Assembly (NCBI GenBank): GCA_965261085.1
Contig: OZ253442.1
Coordinates: forward strand, 2,304,001 to 2,368,000
Direction of reading: 5' to 3'
DNA length: 64,000 bases
Source: a bacterium
GTDB taxonomy: Bacteria > UBA8248
Shown here: piece by piece, positions 1-6,949 of the stretch
Position numbering within the stretch: the stretch's first letter is position 1
Layout: every line of letters starts with the position of its first letter
Made by a program: the position numbers and the translations under genes
Notes under the pieces: model-generated
Database searches by the model: none
The model's input: only the letters and a program-made list of their open reading frames with translations
What the model was told of the DNA's origin: nothing

Positions 1-47
1 TCTCTGGCGTGGTGTATCTCCTGGCCTAGGAGACTGAAGGCGCACGG
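1..47 (+). ncRNA. Possible 3' end of a structured ncRNA (best guess large bacterial SRP RNA), truncated by the window edge
   Basis: All three + frames hit a stop within the first 57 nt. The segment ends GAAGGCGCACGG, resembling the GAAGGTGCACGG 3' end of Bacillus-type large SRP RNA as recalled. A strong intrinsic terminator follows. The 5' part is outside the window; 6S RNA or a CDS tail cannot be excluded. Confidence 0.3.
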
Positions 48-79
48 GGCCAAATAGCTAATAGCCACCGAAAATAATG

Positions 80-111
80 AAACCGCTTCCCGAAAGGGGG
101 GCGGTTTTTTT
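80..111 (+). terminator. Rho-independent terminator
   Basis: AAACCGCTTCCC-GAAA-GGGGGGCGGTTT hairpin with a GNRA loop, followed by a T tract. Confidence 0.8.
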
Positions 112-148
112 GTGTTGGGGAATTGTTTGCCAATCACTCATGGATTCG

Positions 149-1669
149 CTATATTTGTAAAAGAACTCGAATATCACCTAGATTTAAGCATTCGTCCCCA
201 TGATCGGCTTCCTCGATCTCATAGCCTCTCTTGCCTGCGGCCCTTATGCTATCGCCATCATCACCAACAAAACATTCTCGCAATACCCGTTTTCCACAAT
301 CGAGTTTTATGCCTCCACCCTCCGTAGACAAGTCGGTCGCCGAAGCATCAAATACTACGAAAAAGGTAAATCCCCCTACTTCGAAATTAAAGTGTCCAAG
401 CACCCGGTAAAAGCTGTCATCAGTCTTCAGCGAAGGCTCCCACTCCCCGCACAGTTGCATGTCTTCGGCTGTAAGGATTTCGTGAAAAAACGACAATTCC
501 CTGAAAGAACAGCGCAGATCCTGCAATGTTAGATTCACAGTGCTTACGCCGGCGCGCATTTGAATTTCCTGCAGTGTCTTGGCAATATCAGATAACTCTC
601 CGAAAAATCCCTCATGTCCGCTTAGGCTTAACTTGCCGTCACAAATCAACAGGGAAACATCATGATCCACAATTTTCATAGAAACCGTTTCGCCTCCCCA
701 CGAGAGAAAAGTGGCAAGTTTACCTAATCGTTGTATTGACAATTTCTCATTCCACAGATAGGCGATTTGCGCCGAAAAACTGTGATCGGAGAAAATAGTC
801 ACGGTGAAACACCAAGTCTCGATTGCGAATTTGAACTTCTCTGGAGGTAGATTGGGTATTGCAGGTCCCTTCATTGTGGCTTCAAATGAAATGACATCCC
901 CACTCGAATTCTGAAGCACCAGATTGCACTTCCTTGCAATATTTGGCCGGATTTGTATCCGTCCGTGATCGCTTCCCCACTTGGGTATGGGAGCGTCAAT
1001 CCCAAAACGAGAATCTACGAACTTAATATTCGAGACTGGCAGGTAGTCTGTAAATCCCAACTGGTGGTCGACAAGTTCCTCTACGCCGCCTAACGGACCA
1101 AATGTTACCTCTACGTGGTAGTTTCGTTCTCCGTAGCCTAGCGTCTCGCAGAGAGAGCGCTTTTTTTCAGGGTATTCCACCGAATGCTCATTCACTGTAG
1201 CGATTATCCAACGGATGAGGTCGGCGCTATGTTCGTCTTTATCGGAAAACCTGATTTCCATCCATACTTTATGGGGCTCCTTGTTCGCGGCACTGGCCTT
1301 TCTGCCACGCAGTAGAGCTCGTTCCATCAACTTGTCCCAGAAGTGGCAAATATATATGCGTTCTTCGCTGCCAGGAGCGTGATGAAATAAAACCACAAAA
1401 CATGGCAATTCCGATTTCGCTAGTTTGAGGGCATTGCTAACCTTCATCCTGGTTATTGGAGACTTGCCTTTCGTCGACTTAACCTGAACCAGCACCTGTT
1501 TAGGGCCAGGCAGCTTATCTGCCGGTAGTCCATTTTCTCGTTGGGGAACAAGTTCAATGATAAAATCCCAACCGTGATCATCCTCGAAGGAACGGTTACA
1601 GGTTACCTCGGATTGTGAGCAGAGCAGTTTGAACTTATTCTGTGCCGGGCGCCCAGAACGATGGCTCAT
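149..1669 (-). CDS. DUF4365-like PD-(D/E)xK nuclease-domain protein, putative defence effector (506 aa)
   Basis: N-terminal motif DDHGWDFIIE...VLVQVKST followed by a hydrophobic strand (PCFVVLF). The C-terminal ~300 aa are not recognised. The gene is visibly more AT-rich than its neighbours. Confidence 0.65.
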   Translation of the reverse strand: MSHRSGRPAQNKFKLLCSQSEVTCNRSFEDDHGWDFIIELVPQRENGLPADKLPGPKQVLVQVKSTKGKSPITRMKVSNALKLAKSELPCFVVLFHHAPGSEERIYICHFWDKLMERALLRGRKASAANKEPHKVWMEIRFSDKDEHSADLIRWIIATVNEHSVEYPEKKRSLCETLGYGERNYHVEVTFGPLGGVEELVDHQLGFTDYLPVSNIKFVDSRFGIDAPIPKWGSDHGRIQIRPNIARKCNLVLQNSSGDVISFEATMKGPAIPNLPPEKFKFAIETWCFTVTIFSDHSFSAQIAYLWNEKLSIQRLGKLATFLSWGGETVSMKIVDHDVSLLICDGKLSLSGHEGFFGELSDIAKTLQEIQMRAGVSTVNLTLQDLRCSFRELSFFHEILTAEDMQLCGEWEPSLKTDDSFYRVLGHFNFEVGGFTFFVVFDASATDLSTEGGGIKLDCGKRVLRECFVGDDGDSIRAAGKRGYEIEEADHGDECLNLGDIRVLLQI

Positions 1670-1726
1670 TTAGTTTCCTCATTTAGGTCAATGGTGTAAC
1701 TCTCCATCATGCTCATGCCTAGAGCC

Positions 1727-1969
1727 TCAGTCGAACCGGGGCGGCTCGCGCGCCAGTTCACGCGGGGGCAATTCCAGATCCACGCCGCCCATGGGTCCGA
1801 ACCGGGCGCGGATGAGGCTTGCGAGGTTTTGCGAGCCCGGATTGCTGCCCACCGCATCGCGCAGGATCACCCGCGCTTCTTCTTCCATGGAGCGGCCATT
1901 CTCTGCCGCCCGGATGCGAAGGCGGGTTTTCACGTCTTCATCGAGATTACGGATTGTGATGCTCGCCAT
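1727..1969 (-). CDS. FitA/StbC-like ribbon-helix-helix antitoxin or plasmid-stability protein
   Basis: MASITIRNLDEDVKTRLRIRAAENGRSMEEEARVILR is the typical FitA-family sequence, with the C-terminal GGVDLELPPRE tail. A GGAGG RBS precedes ATG 1969. Confidence 0.85.
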   Translation of the reverse strand: MASITIRNLDEDVKTRLRIRAAENGRSMEEEARVILRDAVGSNPGSQNLASLIRARFGPMGGVDLELPPRELAREPPRFD

Positions 1970-2072
1970 GGCAATACCCTCCACCTGCTCCGGATTTTAC
2001 TCTAAGCGGTGTTTGCAAGGCGATCAAACAGGGGTGGTGTTGTTGCTCCGCGTCAAGTCTTTGGATTAAGTG

Positions 2073-2148
2073 GTAGGGACAACCCCCCGTGGTTGTCCTT
2101 TTTCGGATGCGCGAGGACTGGACAGGCACAGGGGCCTGTCCCTGCTAC
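2073..2148. repeat. GTAG-type REP-like inverted doublet (REPIN-like)
   Basis: GTAG-GGACAACC-CCCGT-GGTTGTCC at about 2073-2098, and an inverted related unit GGACAGGC-ACAGGG-GCCTGTCC-CTG-CTAC at 2120-2148. Each is a palindrome tagged with GTAG. Confidence 0.6.
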
Positions 2149-2172
2149 GGTTCTTAGTGGAAAGGGAGTGTC

Positions 2173-2685
2173 CTACTCCGAATTAGGCCAGGCCATGTCG
2201 TGGGCTTGGAGTATTTCGCGGAGTCTCGAGACGTTGATGAGTTCCATGGGAGCGCCTTCCGAGTATTTCTGCACCTCTTCGGTGAAATATCCCGTCGAAA
2301 TCAGGATGCCCTTCAAGGCCCTCTCGGCGCGCACGGTGTCGGAGAGGCCGATGACCCGTATCGAGTTCACAAAGTCGCCCTCGGGCACGAGTATGCCGTG
2401 GATGATGTAGTCGCCCCCGAGAATGGGGACGGGGTTGTGGGCCAGGATGTCGATTTCTTCCTCGTTGACCCAGTGAACCTCCACGATGCGCATATTCATG
2501 TCTTCGAGCAGGTCGATGAGCATGCGTTCGAACGCCTGCGGCGAGAGCCTGCGCAGGGATTCGATTTCCGAATCGTTCGTGTTTTGTTCCGCATCCGCTT
2601 CGAGCGCGATGTTCGAGGTCGTTCTCTTGACGAACAGTATGGTGATGAATCCCAGGATGAGCGCGACGAAGATGAGTTCTAGCAT
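2173..2685 (-). CDS. Membrane-anchored Mrr-cat (restriction endonuclease-like) domain protein, probably catalytically degenerate
   Basis: N-terminal TM helix, then LSPQAFERML...EIDILA...KGILISTGYFTEE...MELIN, matching Mrr_cat. The expected (Q/E)xK motif is replaced by IIHGIL. Confidence 0.7.
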   Translation of the reverse strand: MLELIFVALILGFITILFVKRTTSNIALEADAEQNTNDSEIESLRRLSPQAFERMLIDLLEDMNMRIVEVHWVNEEEIDILAHNPVPILGGDYIIHGILVPEGDFVNSIRVIGLSDTVRAERALKGILISTGYFTEEVQKYSEGAPMELINVSRLREILQAHDMAWPNSE

Positions 2686-2804
2686 GTCGGTTTCCAGAAC
2701 TTGGGAGAGAGGGAAGGCATCGCGCCGCGGGCGGTCATTGCGGATTCAAGGTTCCATGCGCCGGGGCGATTGACGCGGGAGAGAGCGAGTGAAGCCCAAG
2801 GCGC

Positions 2805-2972
2805 TTATCGGATCATCTCGTCGTACACGTCGTCTTTCTTGCCCTTTTTAATCAGCTTGTCGTGTCTGAGACCTTGGGAAATGGCCAGCCAGACGAAAAA
2901 AGCCAGCAGGGGAATCATGAACCCGATGGGGATGTTGTCGGGTTTTGTCAGAATGGCCAGGAAATTTTCCAT
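2805..2972 (-). CDS. Small membrane protein (55 aa) with a KPDNIPI motif, missing from the ORF track
   Basis: Translated by hand: MENFLAILTKPDNIPIGFMIPLLAFFVWLAISQGLRHDKLIKKGKKDDVYDEMIR*. One TM helix and a basic tail. The PDN(I/V)PI motif is recalled from bc-complex-associated membrane subunits. Confidence 0.7.
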   Translation of the reverse strand: MENFLAILTKPDNIPIGFMIPLLAFFVWLAISQGLRHDKLIKKGKKDDVYDEMIR

Positions 2973-3212
2973 CTCGAATCCTTTTCAGTCTAGTTGGCGG
3001 TAAAAGGCAACGCCCTTATTCTGACGCAAATCCGGGCCGAGGGCAAGAGAATCAGAAACTTCGCTCCCCGATATGGGAGCGCCGCTTGCGAGATGCCTTG
3101 ACAATCCACGCGGGGAATGGAAATATCATTGGTATTGCGAGGATATCGCCGAGGTGAATTTTATTTTTGGCGAGTCGCCCTGTGAAAAGCGAATTATCCA
3201 AGAGGCGCAGAT

Positions 3213-3692
3213 ATGACCCACTTCATATTCGACGCTTGCATCGGTTGTTCGATTTGCGAGCCCGTTTGCCCCACGAAGGCCATTACGGGCGAGCCGCGCG
3301 AGATCTACAAAATCGACCCCACGCTCTGCATCGACTGCGGCGTGTGCGGCAAGTATTGCCCGGCATACGCCATTCAGGACGATTTGGGAGACATAATCAA
3401 GAATATCAAGCACAAGGAAATGCCCAAGGCGTACGTGCTGGAGGAGAACTGCACGGGCTGCATCTGGTGCGTGGACGTTTGCCCGTTCGATTGTATTCGC
3501 ATGGCGCCCTCCTCCGTGGAGCGAGACCACAGCGCGGTGGCCGTGGTGGATCAGTCCACGTGCGTCGGCTGCCGGCTTTGCGAGGAGATTTGCAACAAGG
3601 GCGCTATTATCGTGCCCATACACGAAGACGAGTCCGAATACATGGCGCCGTTCATGCACGAGTTCATCACCTCGCCCCTTCGCGCATATTAA
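3213..3692 (+). CDS. Polyferredoxin with four [4Fe-4S] motifs
   Basis: CIGCSICEPVCP, CIDCGVCGKYCP, CTGCIWCVDVCP and CVGCRLCEEIC. GAGG RBS upstream. Confidence 0.9.
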   Translation: MTHFIFDACIGCSICEPVCPTKAITGEPREIYKIDPTLCIDCGVCGKYCPAYAIQDDLGDIIKNIKHKEMPKAYVLEENCTGCIWCVDVCPFDCIRMAPSSVERDHSAVAVVDQSTCVGCRLCEEICNKGAIIVPIHEDESEYMAPFMHEFITSPLRAY

Positions 3693-3712
3693 GTCGAGAC
3701 ATATTTGACGAC

Positions 3713-3743
3713 GACTCCCCCGGATTCGGGGGAGTTTTTTTTT
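3713..3743 (+). terminator. Rho-independent terminator after the ferredoxin
   Basis: GACTCCCCCG...CGGGGGAGTT stem followed by a long T run. Confidence 0.8.
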
Positions 3744-3754
3744 GAACCATCTCA

Positions 3755-3783
3755 TTGACGCTATATGTGCGCTCAGGTAGCGT
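3755..3783 (+). promoter_or_regulatory. Candidate sigma70 promoter for rel
   Basis: TTGACG-N17-TAGCGT upstream of rel. Confidence 0.4.
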
Positions 3784-3875
3784 TTCCCTTGTGAGAGGCC
3801 CTATATTTATCGAAAGGGCTTGATTTTGCTCTTTTTCGTCATCTGGCCGAGCAAGTCGAAAGAGGAGGAAATTCG

Positions 3876-6113
3876 TTGCCTCCAGTTTTGACGTCGCGCC
3901 CACCCGCCCGGATCATGGACATCGTCGATCTGGTCGAGGAATACTCGCCCGACTGCTCGGATCTGCTCACCACAGCTTATATCTTCACGGCGAAGGTCCA
4001 TAAGGGACAGTCGCGCATTTCCGGCGAGCCCTACATTTCACATCCATTGGAGGTGGCCCGCATTCTCGCGGAGCTGCGCCAGGACCCCGAAACCGTATGC
4101 GCGGGGCTGCTCCACGACACCGTGGAGGACACCGCCACGTCGCTCAAGGAGATTGACGAGCATTTCGGAACAGACGTCGCCGAACTCGTAGATGGCGTCA
4201 CGAAACTCGCGAAGATCGACGTTTCGAACACCCAGGTTCGCCAGGCGGAAAGCTACCGGAAGATGCTGATCGCCATGGCGAAGGATATTCGGGTCATCAT
4301 CATCAAATTAGCGGACAGACTCCACAACGCGCTGACGCTCCACCATCTTCCCCAGAAAAGCAGAGAGCGCATTGCGCGGGAGACGGCGGAAATATACGCC
4401 CCGCTCGCCAATCGCATCGGCATCGGCTGGCTCAAGGGAGCACTCGAGGACGTGGCGTTCAAGCACCTGCGCCCCAAGGAGTTTTTGGAAATCGACGAGA
4501 TGCTCCGCGACGGCTTAAAAGACCGCGAAGCGTATATGGAACTCATCATCGAGCAGGTGAAGGAGACTCTCGAATTCGAGGACATCAATGGCGCCGCGTC
4601 CGCCAGATTCAAGCTCCACTCCAGCATTTATGATAAAATGCAGACGCAAAACCTCGATTTCCATCAGGTATATGACATTTGCGGCGTGAGAATCATCGTG
4701 GATTCCGTGAAGGATTGTTATGCCGTATTGGGAGTCCTGCATTCCAAATGGACGCCCATCCCCGGACGTTTCAAGGATTACATCGCCCTGGCCAAGGCGA
4801 ATCTGTATCAGTCTCTCCACACCACCGTCGTGGGGCCGGAGGGCCAGCGGGTGGAGTTCCAGATTCGCACCAAGGAGATGCACCGCGTGGCGGAAGAAGG
4901 CATCGCCGCGCACTGGAAGTACAAGGAGGGCGAAGAGGTCAACGACGACGGAATGGCCGACAAGTTCGATTGGATCAGGAGAATCGTGGAAAGCCTGAAC
5001 GAAGAGTCCGACCCCAGGAACCTGGTCGATTCCGTCAAAGTCAATCTGTTTCAGGACGAGGTGTTCGTCTTCACGCCCAGGGGCGAGGTGAAGAGCCTTC
5101 CGCGCGGGGCGACGCCGGTCGATTTCGCTTTCTCCATCCATACGGAGGTGGGCAGTCACTGCGTGGGTGCGAAGGTCAACGGAAAAATCGCGCCGCTGGG
5201 TTCACTGCTCGAGAATGGCGACATCGTCGAGATCATCACGAACCCGCACCGAAAGCCCAGCGCCGACTGGATGAAGTTCGTCGTCACCGCCCGGGCGAAG
5301 CATAAAATCAGGAACTGGATCAGGCAAGAGCAGAAGGATCGCTCCCTCACGCTCGGCCATGAATTGCTCGAGCTTGAGCTGGGACGATGCGTGGAGAAGA
5401 AGGAAGTCGCCTCATACATGAAGCCCAAGGAATTGAACGGGGTGTTGCGGTCCTTCGGGGCTCAAACCGATCAGGACTTATTGACGTCGATTGGTTTCGG
5501 GCGCATATCCGCGCGGCAGGTGGTGCACAAGCTGTTGCCCGAACAACTCGTGCGCGAGAGGGAGAAGCGGGAGAAATCGCGTCTCAGGCGTCTCGTGAAC
5601 CGCGTGAGCCGCCACAAGAACAAGGCGGGCATCCTCGTGAAGGGTCAGGACGACGTTTTGATTCGTTACGGGAAATGCTGCCAGCCGATTCCGGGCGACG
5701 GAATAGTCGGTTTCATCACGCGCGGGCGCGGCGTCACGGTGCATAACGAGAATTGCCCGAACATCAAGTCGTTGATGGATGATCAGGAACGCCTGGTGGA
5801 GGTTTCCTGGGGCGAGGTCGACAAGGATCAGATGCACCTGGTGACGCTCGTGGTCGAAGCGCGGGACAGGCCGGGTGTCCTGGCGAACTTGAGCGCCGCC
5901 ATCGCAAGTTGTGAGGCGAATATCTCCCGCGTGGCGGCCGAGGCCTCTCAGGATAAGGCGGAGATTCGCCTGGACGTGCAGGTGCGCGACCTCGCCCAAC
6001 TCAACGACGTCGTCAAGAGGATTCGTGACGAAAAATTCATTTTATCCGTCAACCGCATTGCGCCCGAGGTGGCCCCGCTCAAGGGGAAGGTTCCGCAAAT
6101 TCGCACGGATTAG
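3876..6113 (+). CDS. rel: Bifunctional (p)ppGpp synthetase/hydrolase (long RSH)
   Basis: Intact HD motif (LLHDTVED), KLADRLHN, synthetase RFKDYIA/YQSLHT/EFQIRT, TGS (FAFSIHTEVG), CC zinc finger (KCCQPIPGD) and C-terminal ACT. GAGGAGG RBS before TTG. Confidence 0.95.
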   Translation: MPPVLTSRPPARIMDIVDLVEEYSPDCSDLLTTAYIFTAKVHKGQSRISGEPYISHPLEVARILAELRQDPETVCAGLLHDTVEDTATSLKEIDEHFGTDVAELVDGVTKLAKIDVSNTQVRQAESYRKMLIAMAKDIRVIIIKLADRLHNALTLHHLPQKSRERIARETAEIYAPLANRIGIGWLKGALEDVAFKHLRPKEFLEIDEMLRDGLKDREAYMELIIEQVKETLEFEDINGAASARFKLHSSIYDKMQTQNLDFHQVYDICGVRIIVDSVKDCYAVLGVLHSKWTPIPGRFKDYIALAKANLYQSLHTTVVGPEGQRVEFQIRTKEMHRVAEEGIAAHWKYKEGEEVNDDGMADKFDWIRRIVESLNEESDPRNLVDSVKVNLFQDEVFVFTPRGEVKSLPRGATPVDFAFSIHTEVGSHCVGAKVNGKIAPLGSLLENGDIVEIITNPHRKPSADWMKFVVTARAKHKIRNWIRQEQKDRSLTLGHELLELELGRCVEKKEVASYMKPKELNGVLRSFGAQTDQDLLTSIGFGRISARQVVHKLLPEQLVREREKREKSRLRRLVNRVSRHKNKAGILVKGQDDVLIRYGKCCQPIPGDGIVGFITRGRGVTVHNENCPNIKSLMDDQERLVEVSWGEVDKDQMHLVTLVVEARDRPGVLANLSAAIASCEANISRVAAEASQDKAEIRLDVQVRDLAQLNDVVKRIRDEKFILSVNRIAPEVAPLKGKVPQIRTD

Positions 6114-6212
6114 CTTCGGGTTCTGGGCCACGGATTTCATTCTGCAAATCTTCGCTCGCAACGCGAACGATGCGGGAAACTTCCGGCCCGTTCATGAATC
6201 GATGACGGATCA

Positions 6213-6902
6213 ATGACCGACTTGCTCCACCATTCCTGGGAGATTGCGCCTGCCGAAGCGATTCGGGTCCAAAGGGCGCTTGAAAAACGCCTCATCCTGC
6301 ATCCGCTGTCCACCCCGCCGAAAACGATTGCGGGCGCGGACATCTCATGCGAATGGCGGGGAAAGTTCGGCGTCGGGGGGGTGGTCGTATTCTCCTGGCC
6401 GGAAATGCGGCTCGTCGACGAATCATTCCATGGCGGGGAATTGCGATTCCCCTACGTACCGGGGCTGCTCTCTTTCAGAGAAGGTTTTTTGCTCGAGAAA
6501 GCCTTTCTGGGTTTAAGGGAAAAGCCGGATCTCATCATCTTCGACGGGCAGGGCACGGCCCATCCCAGGGGATTCGGTATCGCCTCGCACTTAGGCCTGC
6601 GCCTGGGGCTGCCCTCTATCGGGTGCGCCAAGAGCCGCTTGTTCGGCGACGCTCACGAGCCGCTGGGTGAAGAGAAGGGGGATTGGCGATATCTGCATTC
6701 ACCGGATGGGCGGGAGATAGGCGCGGTCCTCAGGACGAGGCGGGGCGTGAAGCCCGTGTACGTCTCACCCGGCCATCTCATCGACATCAAAGATTCGGTG
6801 CATTGGGTGCTTGCGGCCACTTCCCGATATCGCCTCCCCGAGGTGATTCGCACGGCCCACAGGCGCGTCAACGAGGAGCGGGTGAGGCGAAAAAGGGCAT
6901 AA
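6213..6902 (+). CDS. nfi: Endonuclease V (deoxyinosine 3' endonuclease)
   Basis: IAGADIS, FPYVPGLLSFRE, DGQGTAHPRGFGIASHLG, GCAKSRL, KPVYVSPGH, YRLPE. Confidence 0.95.
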   Translation: MTDLLHHSWEIAPAEAIRVQRALEKRLILHPLSTPPKTIAGADISCEWRGKFGVGGVVVFSWPEMRLVDESFHGGELRFPYVPGLLSFREGFLLEKAFLGLREKPDLIIFDGQGTAHPRGFGIASHLGLRLGLPSIGCAKSRLFGDAHEPLGEEKGDWRYLHSPDGREIGAVLRTRRGVKPVYVSPGHLIDIKDSVHWVLAATSRYRLPEVIRTAHRRVNEERVRRKRA

Positions 6903-6931
6903 AAAAAGCGCCCCGGGCAGGGCGCTTCTTT
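6901..6931. terminator. Bidirectional terminator between convergent nfi and cytochrome c genes
   Basis: A tract, AAGCGCCC-loop-GGGCGCTT, then a T-rich tail. Confidence 0.65.
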
Positions 6932-6949
6932 CGTGTGGAAATTTGAGGT

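Noticed and set aside
46-70. tmRNA or tRNA-like end (GGGGCC ... GCCACC)
   Set aside because: No T-loop (TTCRA), no acceptor-stem pairing and no CCA.
34-74. Hammerhead-ribozyme-like core (CTGAAGG ... CGAAA)
   Set aside because: It does not match CUGANGA, and no convincing stem II or GUH site is present.
1666-1726. Possible FitB/VapC toxin remnant after the RHH gene
   Set aside because: The short frame (MSMMESYTIDLNEETK) has no PIN motif such as LDTN and cannot be supported as a toxin fragment.
3876-6902. rel next to nfi as a functional nucleotide-stress module
   Set aside because: Both are ordinary housekeeping genes with canonical motifs, and adjacency alone gives no evidence of a joint system.
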